IMG/VR virus record: IMGVR_UViG_3300036833_000312
Location: 1 to 31,714 of that record
DNA length: 31,714 bases
Reading direction: 5' to 3' (one strand)
Origin: a virus
Taxonomy: Duplodnaviria > Caudoviricetes
The notes under the pieces are model-generated. The model was not told where the DNA came from and made no database searches. It worked only from the letters and a program-made list of their open reading frames with translations. The translations under genes were made by a program, and so were the position numbers. Shown here in pieces: positions 15,384-23,572 of the stretch; positions within the stretch are counted from its first letter, which is position 1, and every line of letters begins with the position of its first letter.

Positions 15384-16348
15384 TGCTCGGCCTCTTGTGG
15401 CGGTGGCAGAACTGCGGGTGCGGCGCGGCCGGCGGCAAACCCGGCGACACCGGCCGGAATGTGACCGACGATTTGGCCAGCCGCGTCCACGATTTTATTT
15501 CCGACAAGATGCACCTTTTGACCGCTTGGCGTTCGCGTCCAGCGCAGTCCAGGAATGGCCAAGGATGTAATGATCTCGTCGGAAACAGGCACCCCTGTAT
15601 GGAATGCGTGCATGACACCAAAGGCGGCAAGCGAACCGAGCCCATGCGCTCCAAGGGAGCGGCCAATTCCGCTGCGCAATACGCCACCAGCCGCGCCGGG
15701 AATAGCGCCGCCGACCGCACCAGCTACTGCGCCCTGCCCCGGATGCTCGGGATCGGCGATGGCGCCACCGACAGCGCCCCGTTCGGCAGCTCCAGCGCCA
15801 CGAGCAATCGCTCCTGTTATTGCTGCGGCGCGCGGTGAAGTGGCGGCAGCGATTTGGGGTAATTGGCTTAACACCCTAGACCTCATAAATGCTTCGACCG
15901 GTCCACCAGGGATTGCCATGAGGGGAAGCGTTTCAGCAGCGCCTCGCGTAATACTTTCAGTCGTTGATTGACTGGGTTCATCGGCATATTCCCGTGCGCG
16001 GTGATAAGCGTCGCGCACGAATTGCGGCATGTTTCTTTTAGCGATCTGCGTCAGATTGGGGGCAAAAAGGTTTCCCAGCGTTTGTTGAAGTCGAACGATG
16101 TCGGTTCCAAGGCTTGCCAATCCGTGCGGAATGCCACGGGCGATATCGTGCCGTTGGCTCCAGGGTAGATCTTCTTCAGGAGTTTCTGGTTCTGCTGGTG
16201 TGGGCGCGGGAGCGGGAGCGCCGGGGCGCAGCCGGTCGCCCTTACCGCCGGTCAATGGGGCCGCCCCCACTGGCGCGGATGGTTTGTCCGCCCCCGCGAG
16301 CGAATTAGATCGCTTCATGAAGGCGGCGAGATCGCTATCTTCACTCAT
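15380..16348 (-). CDS. internal virion/ejection protein (Gly/Ala-rich)
   Basis: Start re-placed at MSEDSD (16348, GGAG RBS); Gly/Ala-rich hydrophobic segments; synteny. Confidence 0.65.
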   Translation of the reverse strand: MSEDSDLAAFMKRSNSLAGADKPSAPVGAAPLTGGKGDRLRPGAPAPAPTPAEPETPEEDLPWSQRHDIARGIPHGLASLGTDIVRLQQTLGNLFAPNLTQIAKRNMPQFVRDAYHRAREYADEPSQSTTESITRGAAETLPLMAIPGGPVEAFMRSRVLSQLPQIAAATSPRAAAITGAIARGAGAAERGAVGGAIADPEHPGQGAVAGAVGGAIPGAAGGVLRSGIGRSLGAHGLGSLAAFGVMHAFHTGVPVSDEIITSLAIPGLRWTRTPSGQKVHLVGNKIVDAAGQIVGHIPAGVAGFAAGRAAPAVLPPPQEAEQ

Positions 16349-18518
16349 TGACGTGGAGCTCCCAAGGCGGGTTCGGGGTGAGCCCCATGGTTCGCATGGC
16401 GTGTTGTATCTGGGCTTGAATAGCCGGGTCGGGGTTGTCCTTGTTGCGTTGGTAGAAGATCCTGGCGCCGCGTGCCTCGGCCTCAGTCGGTGGCGGTTCA
16501 CGCTCTGTTTTGGATAATCCGGTTCGTGCCTTGGCCGGATCGCGACTAAGTTGCTTGAGCTGCGGTGGTACGTCACTGGGGAATTCGCCGCTGCGCCAAT
16601 TGCTGCGCAAGAACCCGCTATAAAGATCAACGGTTTCTTTGTTTAATCCCGGCGCATAGCCTTTGACGCCAAAATTAGAGAACTGACCTTGTATGTTGCC
16701 GACGCGGCCCCAAGCCTCGGCAAGGTCCTGCATCATGGCGCCGCGAATGGTTTCCGAGGATGCTGTGGCGGGCACAGCCTTCATCATTTCTTCCAGAATA
16801 GTCACACGCGGAACGCCGGTTCCGCTCTGAATAGCGGTGATTGCTTGCTGGACGACACGTAATTGGTTGGCGATCAAATTGTATTCCGGATCTTGGCTCA
16901 GGCCCTTCAATGCCTGATCAAGCTTGGTGCCAAAGTAGTTGGTGTTTTCCTGTTTGCGTAAATTGCTGTAGAGTTGGATCATCACATTCGGCAAGTTGGC
17001 GGCGGCTTGCATTGCTGTGTTTTCTTTGCTGCCCGCCTTGTAGAATTCCTTGAGCTGCGCCGCTTTGGTTGGATCGTATTTCGGATTAACTTGATGTGCC
17101 CAACTACTGAATTGCCCACGTGTGGCGTTGGGTACGTCTTTAAGCTCCTGACGATAGTTGGCTAAATCATCCAAGGTCTGCGCAACATTGGGGTTGATGT
17201 TGCGAATGGCCTCTATTTTTTCTTCGGGCGTGCCGGCGCCGGAAGCGATTTGTCCAATTTCATGACCGATCTGCCCCGCTGCCGTCGCTGCCGCGTGATA
17301 CTTGAGAGGATGCAGCTTTGGCCCCTCTGCCTTGGTCATCCCAGGGACATCGCCCTGTTCAACGATGTCTTGCGCGGCGTTCATACCTTGGTCATTGAGC
17401 CCATTATCTTTCTGGATTTTCTTCAGAGTAGATTTTGCGTCATCGGGCGTTGGCGCTTTTGTTTGATCCGCTGATGCTTCCCGTGTTTCTTCAGCCTGGC
17501 CCTTGAAAAGAGCGTCACGGGCGCTGCTTCCGCTGCCGTCTGTCCAATCATCGGATTGATCGCCGGTTTGTTTCTTTTTGGTTTTGTCGGCATAATCAAG
17601 AACGGCATACGCGCTCCAGAAATCGCGGAGCTTAGCATCATCTTCGAGTAATTGTTGTCTGACCGCACCCGGCCCTTTATTCGCCAGCAGAACACCAAAG
17701 GTAGAGTGTCCGGTTTCTTGATTTAGATTGTCCAGAGCCTCATGATATGCAGCATCATCTATGGTTCCTGCGTCGTGTTTGTTAAATATGTCAGAATACT
17801 TCGACATGATCAGGCTACTGTTGGCGATTGCCTGTGCACCATTTTCCAGCATTTGCTGATGCAGCAATTGCATTTGTTCGGATTGCATTCTCATTCGCGC
17901 TTCCTGCATTCGGACTTGTGCTTCTTGTTGTTGTGTTTCTCCCAACATGGTGCTGCGATAGTGCGAGGAAAAAGCATTTTTACTGTAGAAATCCAGAAAT
18001 GGACCGATGATGCCGGCGATGTCGCTCGCTACCTTTGCCGGACCAGCAACCGAAGGCGGACCAAACATGGCCATTTGTTTGCCGGCGCCGCGTATGACGC
18101 CAGGGGCTTCGTCGCGACTGGGCAAGACGGTAGTAAATTCTAGGCCGGGATAGTGCGGCAATCCGGCAATTGCAGAAGTCGGTTTACCGATCTCGGACAT
18201 TGGTCGTGGTGTCTGGTGTGGCGTGAACCGCTGATTTTCCGGCGGCGGTTTGGGCGGCGTTACTGGTGCGGTTGCAACCGGAGCCTCTGGCGGTCGTGGT
18301 GCGGGCGTCGGTGGCGGTGGCTGTGGGGGACCGCTAGAAAATCCCTGCGTAGGTCGGGTTGTCCAGGGTACGTTGCCGCCAGGAAGTCGGTCCTGAATTT
18401 TCTGGTCAGCTTCCTGCGGTTGAGCCGGTGCGGATTGCGATATTAGTTGCAATGGCGACGGGGCCGGCGGCGGGTAATAGGTCCGATCACTGCCGTCGGC
18501 AGTACTGGTGTCGGTCAT
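16341..18518 (-). CDS. large internal virion/ejection protein
   Basis: Start re-placed at MTDTST (ATGA overlap); Pro-rich N-terminus, Gln/Met coiled coil, helical body; podovirus synteny. Confidence 0.7.
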   Translation of the reverse strand: MTDTSTADGSDRTYYPPPAPSPLQLISQSAPAQPQEADQKIQDRLPGGNVPWTTRPTQGFSSGPPQPPPPTPAPRPPEAPVATAPVTPPKPPPENQRFTPHQTPRPMSEIGKPTSAIAGLPHYPGLEFTTVLPSRDEAPGVIRGAGKQMAMFGPPSVAGPAKVASDIAGIIGPFLDFYSKNAFSSHYRSTMLGETQQQEAQVRMQEARMRMQSEQMQLLHQQMLENGAQAIANSSLIMSKYSDIFNKHDAGTIDDAAYHEALDNLNQETGHSTFGVLLANKGPGAVRQQLLEDDAKLRDFWSAYAVLDYADKTKKKQTGDQSDDWTDGSGSSARDALFKGQAEETREASADQTKAPTPDDAKSTLKKIQKDNGLNDQGMNAAQDIVEQGDVPGMTKAEGPKLHPLKYHAAATAAGQIGHEIGQIASGAGTPEEKIEAIRNINPNVAQTLDDLANYRQELKDVPNATRGQFSSWAHQVNPKYDPTKAAQLKEFYKAGSKENTAMQAAANLPNVMIQLYSNLRKQENTNYFGTKLDQALKGLSQDPEYNLIANQLRVVQQAITAIQSGTGVPRVTILEEMMKAVPATASSETIRGAMMQDLAEAWGRVGNIQGQFSNFGVKGYAPGLNKETVDLYSGFLRSNWRSGEFPSDVPPQLKQLSRDPAKARTGLSKTEREPPPTEAEARGARIFYQRNKDNPDPAIQAQIQHAMRTMGLTPNPPWELHVNE

Positions 18519-20605
18519 GGTTGCCTCGGGCGCGGACGCGGCATCGGCACAGGGCCGCCCATAAGTTGCATCGCCCATTGCTGGGCAAGCTGATCCAATA
18601 ATGGGTCAATATCATTGACGCCAAGCTGACGGGCCATTTCCGTATTACGCTGCGGCGATTGCAGCCCCGCCATCCAATCGTTACGCACTGCTGGATTGAC
18701 GCCAGTTTGCCCAGTTGGGAAAGCAAGCGGCGTCATAAAGGGGTTGCCCCGGCCTTCTTCGACGTTAGTCGAACGGCGCCAGTCCTGAGTAGGCAATCCG
18801 CCGGGAGCCGCCCGCGCCGTTGTGTTGACAATTCCCTCCAAGTCCGGCCGGGGGCCGAAATTGAATTCGCCATAGAGACGTTGTGGCTCTATCGCCGTCA
18901 TCGTTTGTCCGGCTTGCGGCAGGCTATCGCCGGAACGGACATGCTCACGGAAGTAATCATCGCCACCGGAGCGGCGCATACTGTAGCCCTGCGTGCCGCG
19001 TAGGTACTGATGCTTCGCCACCATGCCGCGTTCGCCCATACGCGGGTCATTGGAGGCATTGCCAGTCATTGGTCCCCAACCAACATCCGACAGGTTCGAT
19101 CCGGGACCACCATCGGGCGGGAAAACCACGTCGTAAACGTCGCGCTTGAACTGGGCTAGTTGCTGCGGACTAACCCGCTGTCCGCTGTAGTCCGGGTAAT
19201 AGCCGGAATAACCGGCGCGGCTATAGGGACCACGAAGGGTCTGCCCAGCCTGGGCCAAACTAGTAGGCGCACGGGTGCCGTCCGGATAACGCCCGTTGCC
19301 CTTGATGCCGTAGAGCGCGCGATTGCGTAGCGTTTCTAATTGTATGATCTGAGCGCGAGTGTTGCCTGGGCGCAATGAGACTTCCTGTGACACCATTTGC
19401 GCCATTTGGCGCACGGTGTTCGGATTGCTGACCTCGCCCCCGAGCGGGCTCACATCGACACTAGCCTGCGACGGCTTCATCGGTGGCGCTCCGGATCGCG
19501 AATAGGGGCTGATCTGGATCTCGCCTTGCGCGATTGGTGTCGCAGCGTGGCCGGTGCCGGTAGTCCCGGTGGTCAACGAGGCTGGGGTAGCGGGGGGACG
19601 GGCCGTAGGAGGCTGTACAGTGGCCGCTGGTGCGCCTGTTTGTGTTGGGGGTGCTGTAGGCGCCCCGGCCGCGCCAGCGCTACGGGCGGCTGCGCTAGGG
19701 TCGCGCATTGCCGCATCCGAAGCGAGCTCGGCCTGTACGGCCCTTTCGGCTTCCGCCGCCCGCGCCTCTCGGTCTGTAGCTGGCGGCTGCGGCGCGGCCT
19801 GCGGCTGCGCCAGGGGCGGTGCAGCAGCTTGTGCGGAGGATGGGGCCGCGCCGTAGCCATAACCGTGTTCGGTCGCCCCCTGCGAGCCGTACTCCTGCTG
19901 CCCGTAGGCAGGGCCGACTTGATTGGTGAGCCCCATTAGATCCTGCATCACCGCGTTGGGACCACCGCGCAACAGGTCGCCGAGCAGATTGGGTATTCCG
20001 TGCGGAGCGCTGCCCGGCTTGGCCAAGTTTTTAAAGAAATTGCCGGCCTGTGTGAGCGGGTTCTGCTGGCGCTGCTGTCCGCGTTGCTGTCCCGCGCCTG
20101 CTCCTTGCTGATCCGTTGACGATGCTGCCGTCTCCGGGGCCGGCGTGGCCGTACCGACATTCGCTTGCGCGGGCGCGGGGCCGGCCTGTGCCGTAATGGG
20201 CTGGGCTTGGTTTGGATCAGCTTGTGCCGCCTGATTAGGATCGGCCACGGCCGCCTGGGCGGCTTTGTTCGGGTCAGTCGCCGTGTCCAGCCAATCTTGC
20301 GATGCCTGGGGTACGGGTTGCGGCGCTTGCGGTGGAGGCGTGAAGGTCGGCGGCTGGGGTGGCGGCTGGGGTGGCGCCTGTTGTTGCGGCTGCTGTCCAG
20401 TTATCGAGGGGTCGCCACCACTGACCGCCGCTTGCGATGCCACAAGTGGATCGGTGAGAACGTTGCTGGCGGCATTCTGCGGCTGCTCCTGGGGCAGGAT
20501 ATTGGGACTGCCGCCGCCCATGGCGCCACCGCTCCCCGCCCCGGCCAGACTGGAAAGACCGCTCCCCAAGGCGCCGAATATGTCTGGTAAGCCGCCGCCC
20601 GCCAT
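18515..20605 (-). CDS. low-complexity internal virion protein with possible SleB-like cell-wall hydrolase domain
   Basis: Gly-rich N-terminus; Q/P/A-rich disorder; MVSQEV...QLETLRNRA segment; AGGTG RBS. Confidence 0.65.
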   Translation of the reverse strand: MAGGGLPDIFGALGSGLSSLAGAGSGGAMGGGSPNILPQEQPQNAASNVLTDPLVASQAAVSGGDPSITGQQPQQQAPPQPPPQPPTFTPPPQAPQPVPQASQDWLDTATDPNKAAQAAVADPNQAAQADPNQAQPITAQAGPAPAQANVGTATPAPETAASSTDQQGAGAGQQRGQQRQQNPLTQAGNFFKNLAKPGSAPHGIPNLLGDLLRGGPNAVMQDLMGLTNQVGPAYGQQEYGSQGATEHGYGYGAAPSSAQAAAPPLAQPQAAPQPPATDREARAAEAERAVQAELASDAAMRDPSAAARSAGAAGAPTAPPTQTGAPAATVQPPTARPPATPASLTTGTTGTGHAATPIAQGEIQISPYSRSGAPPMKPSQASVDVSPLGGEVSNPNTVRQMAQMVSQEVSLRPGNTRAQIIQLETLRNRALYGIKGNGRYPDGTRAPTSLAQAGQTLRGPYSRAGYSGYYPDYSGQRVSPQQLAQFKRDVYDVVFPPDGGPGSNLSDVGWGPMTGNASNDPRMGERGMVAKHQYLRGTQGYSMRRSGGDDYFREHVRSGDSLPQAGQTMTAIEPQRLYGEFNFGPRPDLEGIVNTTARAAPGGLPTQDWRRSTNVEEGRGNPFMTPLAFPTGQTGVNPAVRNDWMAGLQSPQRNTEMARQLGVNDIDPLLDQLAQQWAMQLMGGPVPMPRPRPRQP

Positions 20606-20612
20606 GCATCAC

Positions 20613-20975
20613 CTATTTGCCGAAGTGACCAAGGTTGCCGATGACGTTGCCAGGGCTCTTGTTGGCACCCAGCGGACTACCTTGCAGAGTTTGGTTTTGT
20701 AATTGCCCCAGCACCGCCTGAAATTGTGCGGGAATGCCGCCAGTAAGGCTCGGGGCAAGCCCGAGATCCATCGCCTCAGGCGTTCCCATGGGGCTTGGCG
20801 TGCCACCACCCGCGCCCGGCCCACCCAAGCCAAGCTGATTGTAGCGGTTTGCCATCATTTCCACGCTCTGCCCGGCTGCGGGACCGACTGCCGCCGTCGC
20901 ACCGGACGGCAGAAAGCCGGGCGCGCCTTGCGATCCAAAGGGGCCGCCAATAAAGTTGGATAGCGCTCCTGACAC
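20613..20975 (-). CDS. Gly-rich virion (pilot/ejection-like) protein
   Basis: Start re-placed at GTG 20975 overlapping upstream TAG; GGAGG RBS. Confidence 0.65.
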   Translation of the reverse strand: MSGALSNFIGGPFGSQGAPGFLPSGATAAVGPAAGQSVEMMANRYNQLGLGGPGAGGGTPSPMGTPEAMDLGLAPSLTGGIPAQFQAVLGQLQNQTLQGSPLGANKSPGNVIGNLGHFGK

Positions 20976-21301
20976 TAGCCGCCTCCACCCCCGCCCCCAA
21001 CAGCACCACCAAGCTTGCCGAGAATGTTCCCTACTCCACCGGCAAAGTTGCTGAAGGATTGATTGAGGAAGTTTTCTTGCGCTGCCGTGTTCTGCAGCAC
21101 GTTTTGTCCCTGCTGCAGGGCAAGGTTGGCGAGCGGCCCGGTCGCGCCCTGCGTAGCGCCGGTGCTGTGGCCCATGCCCGCCGAAAACTGGGCTGCATTG
21201 GCGACCTCGCCTTCGCCTTTGGTGTATTGATTTAAGGCCGTCTGCAGCCCGGTAGCGGGAACGCCACCCTGCGTCAGCAACGCGCCGATGTTGTTGCTCA
21301 T
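20975..21301 (-). CDS. Gly/Gln/Asn-rich pilot/ejection-like protein
   Basis: GGAGG RBS; ATGA coupling; Gly-rich hydrophobic C-terminus. Confidence 0.7.
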   Translation of the reverse strand: MSNNIGALLTQGGVPATGLQTALNQYTKGEGEVANAAQFSAGMGHSTGATQGATGPLANLALQQGQNVLQNTAAQENFLNQSFSNFAGGVGNILGKLGGAVGGGGGGG

Positions 21302-21819
21302 GAGGCCTCCAAATTGAGCATGAAGCGCGGCCAGAGTTCCTTGGCCCCGAGCCGCTGCGCCATCGGTGCCAGATCAAAGACGGTGTCGGACGCCAGCATC
21401 CAGTGCTTGCACTTGCGTTTGCGCGCCCAATCGATGGAGCCGCGCAATAGCTTCATGGTTTCCCACATGGCGCCATCATCCGCACATACACAAATGACGT
21501 TGCAATCAAATTGCGACGGGAGCCACGGCAGACACGACAGCATTGCAATCATAAACGAGTTGGACAGCCGTACCGGGTAGAACATCATCGGGTTCTTCAA
21601 TACAATATTGCGAAACCAGTTTTCAGTCGTCAGGGCGTCGAACCCCTGATCGTATTTTTTTCCAAAAAGATTTCGCAACCAGGGTAAATCGTTTTCGCTT
21701 AACAGCCACGGTTCCAACAAAACCGTGTCGGCTTCGACCGTTGTTGTAATCTCTGGTCGAAACGCTACGGAATTTGATTGATCCGGTAGTGTTCTTGATG
21801 ATTGACGAAGCTCCACCAT
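21298..21819 (-). CDS. GNAT-fold protein (P22 gp14/T7 gp13-like position)
   Basis: LLRGSIDWARKRKC...MAQRLG GNAT-like C-terminal motif; just upstream of ejection genes; start uncertain. Confidence 0.55.
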   Translation of the reverse strand: MVELRQSSRTLPDQSNSVAFRPEITTTVEADTVLLEPWLLSENDLPWLRNLFGKKYDQGFDALTTENWFRNIVLKNPMMFYPVRLSNSFMIAMLSCLPWLPSQFDCNVICVCADDGAMWETMKLLRGSIDWARKRKCKHWMLASDTVFDLAPMAQRLGAKELWPRFMLNLEAS

Positions 21820-22118
21820 GATAAACTCAACTTATCTGCGAAAGTGGCATCAGCCATGTTTTGCGGGATGCGAAACCCAAACATAGCGGCGCTGAACTGG
21901 TCGTGTCCAGTTTGATGGTCATAGTGCCAGTTGCCAGCGCGTTGTGCGGTAAGGTGAATTGGCGCGGGATCGAGCAGCGTCGGAAGTGCTGCGTTTGTTC
22001 GCGTTGTTGTAGCCTGCAGCGTGGAGACCATCGAGCGATGTTCCTGATCGTGGTCGAACACAAAGCCCGCAGCACCACGCGCGTTCGTGGGCAATGTCAG
22101 GAGTGAGGCGAGGGGCAT
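21765..22118 (-). CDS. His-motif hypothetical protein
   Basis: DHDQEH, DHQTGH and NHQEH motifs; GAGGA RBS. Confidence 0.7.
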   Translation of the reverse strand: MPLASLLTLPTNARGAAGFVFDHDQEHRSMVSTLQATTTRTNAALPTLLDPAPIHLTAQRAGNWHYDHQTGHDQFSAAMFGFRIPQNMADATFADKLSLSWWSFVNHQEHYRINQIP

Positions 22119-22442
22119 CTAATCCTCGCGGCGGCGATTATTATCTCCGCGTAGCTCGCGCGATACCAACGGCGAACTCTCCTGTGGGCCATAAGTGTTG
22201 AGCGCGGTGCCTTCCGGATCGAACCCGCGTGGGGTGATGCGATCCATGCCAAAGTCGCTGCTACCGTTTCTGACGGCGCCGCTTGGTCCGACGGGCGGGG
22301 CAGTGCCGAGACGCAAAGGCCCGACGAGTGAGCGATTTGATTTCAGATAGCCGTCCGGTGTCGCGAAAAACGCCGTTGGACTGCGGCGCTCCGATCCGTC
22401 CTCTCGGGTCCTCGGCCATGCGCGTTGGTTCTCTTTGCTCAT
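22119..22442 (-). CDS. hypothetical protein
   Basis: GGAG RBS; ATGA overlap upstream; abuts next gene. Confidence 0.7.
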   Translation of the reverse strand: MSKENQRAWPRTREDGSERRSPTAFFATPDGYLKSNRSLVGPLRLGTAPPVGPSGAVRNGSSDFGMDRITPRGFDPEGTALNTYGPQESSPLVSRELRGDNNRRRED

Positions 22443-22810
22443 GCTGCAATCTCCATTTTGCGGTGGGGAATGCTTTCTTGCTCCAAAACACCGATTACAT
22501 CATCAGTATTTCGGCAAGTATATACCCTAACGCCGGCCGCGTATAATTGCAGAAACATCGCGCGCTGTTGTTTGGAAATGTCGCCGTCGGCGGCCTTGAG
22601 CTCCACGCCTACGGCACGGCCATTGAAAAATACCAGAATGTCGGGGAACCCAGCTTTGAGCCCGGAGCCACGGAGGCGGCCGGCCGTGGCCTTGCCGAGT
22701 TTCCCCCAACCTGCCGGAAACGTCGTCCATAGCGCGGGCGGAAGCAGACCCCAGTCGAGTAGGTCTGCAACGGCTTTGTGAAGTGCGGCTTCGCTAACCT
22801 TGGCCTTCAT
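22439..22810 (-). CDS. VRR-NUC domain nuclease
   Basis: SEAALH...GLKAGFPDI...GVELKA...SKQQ PD-(D/E)xK motifs. Confidence 0.88.
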   Translation of the reverse strand: MKAKVSEAALHKAVADLLDWGLLPPALWTTFPAGWGKLGKATAGRLRGSGLKAGFPDILVFFNGRAVGVELKAADGDISKQQRAMFLQLYAAGVRVYTCRNTDDVIGVLEQESIPHRKMEIAA

Positions 22811-22974
22811 CGCCGGGCACGGCGCACCGGACCCGTGCGCGCGCCAGGACGGGGTGACCGCCCAGCGCGCCCACGAGCCATCAACCGAGTACGGCTCCAG
22901 TCACTCGGCCAAGCTCCGTCATGCCAAGGCAATCGATTTACCGCACCTGTGCGGCCCTTGACCTTGCGAGCCAT
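22807..22974 (-). CDS. Arg-rich microprotein 6, 55 aa (MARKVKGRTGAVNRLPWHDGAWPSDWSRTRLMARGRAGRSPRPGARTGPVRRARR)
   Basis: Manual translation; TGATG coupling upstream and ATGA coupling to VRR-NUC. Confidence 0.75.
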   Translation of the reverse strand: MARKVKGRTGAVNRLPWHDGAWPSDWSRTRLMARGRAGRSPRPGARTGPVRRARR

Positions 22975-23009
22975 CAGTATCGTCCGCGTCGTCTTCCCCT
23001 GCGTGCCAT
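22974..23009 (-). CDS. Arg-rich microprotein 5, 11 aa (MARRGRRRGRY)
   Basis: GGGAGGT RBS; 3 nt after previous stop; stop overlaps next ATG. Confidence 0.7.
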   Translation of the reverse strand: MARRGRRRGRY

Positions 23010-23012
23010 CGC

Positions 23013-23189
23013 CTACCTCCCACCTCGACGCGAACGCCGATAACGCTGCGATCCGCCGTGCGGACTGCAGTCGCGAGTGTGTCGGGAGCGCGTTTGAGGA
23101 ACAGGAACTTCGGTACGAGGGCGACGCGTGGGGAAGCGGCCTGCAGGGTCAACCCTGGAACGTCCTCCCAGGTCTACACCTCTGGGCAT
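23013..23189 (-). CDS. Arg/Pro-rich microprotein 4, 58 aa (MPRGVDLGGRSRVDPAGRFPTRRPRTEVPVPQTRSRHTRDCSPHGGSQRYRRSRRGGR)
   Basis: AGGAGGT RBS just upstream of ATG; Arg-rich tail. Confidence 0.78.
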   Translation of the reverse strand: MPRGVDLGGRSRVDPAGRFPTRRPRTEVPVPQTRSRHTRDCSPHGGSQRYRRSRRGGR

Positions 23190-23200
23190 CTAAAAACCTC

Positions 23201-23320
23201 CTATAGACGGCGACCCTTCCTGTACGAAAAAAGGCGCGGTCGCCACTTAGGCAACCGCCAGCTTTTCGGTTTGAGGGCTCTCCGCAAATTGGTGCTGTTG
23301 CGTAGCCCGTAGCGAGGCAT
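23201..23320 (-). CDS. Arg/Lys-rich microprotein 3, 39 aa (MPRYGLRNSTNLRRALKPKSWRLPKWRPRLFSYRKGRRL)
   Basis: TAA-ATG abutment; no acidic residues. Confidence 0.72.
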   Translation of the reverse strand: MPRYGLRNSTNLRRALKPKSWRLPKWRPRLFSYRKGRRL

Positions 23321-23407
23321 TTAACGCCTGCGGCGTCTTGCCCGCGCGGCCTTACGTGATGCCGGGACCATTACCATACGGCGGCGTTTGCGTCCTCGGC
23401 GAGCCAT
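23321..23407 (-). CDS. Arg-rich microprotein 2, 28 aa (MARRGRKRRRMVMVPASRKAARARRRRR)
   Basis: TAA-ATG abutment; GAGGA upstream; 13 Arg + 2 Lys. Confidence 0.75.
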   Translation of the reverse strand: MARRGRKRRRMVMVPASRKAARARRRRR

Positions 23408-23449
23408 TTACCGGCGTCCTCGGCGGTGGCGGCGTCTACGTCGTGCCAT
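23408..23449 (-). CDS. protamine-like microprotein 1, 13 aa (MARRRRRHRRGRR)
   Basis: GGGAGAGGA RBS before ATG; 9 of 13 residues Arg using 5 different codons. Confidence 0.75.
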   Translation of the reverse strand: MARRRRRHRRGRR

Positions 23450-23529
23450 GTTGTCCTCTCCCTCGATTGAGTGGGTAGCGCACCAGCGGTGCGTTCTTGG
23501 GCTACGATACGGAGCCGATTTGCAAAGCG

Positions 23530-23560
23530 ATGATCGACCTAAACACTATTAGTCGTCAAG
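23530..23560 (-). promoter_or_regulatory. putative internal promoter for the microprotein cluster
   Basis: CTTGACG-N18-GATCAT in the only sizeable intergenic gap; leader hairpin CGCACC-GCT-GGTGCG. Confidence 0.45.
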
Positions 23561-23572
23561 TAGGGTGGCTGA

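Noticed and set aside
22778-23312. ORF-track calls 22778..23206 (+), 22919..23152 (-) and 23058..23312 (+)
   Set aside because: No RBS support; the six coupled minus-strand smORFs tile the region far better.
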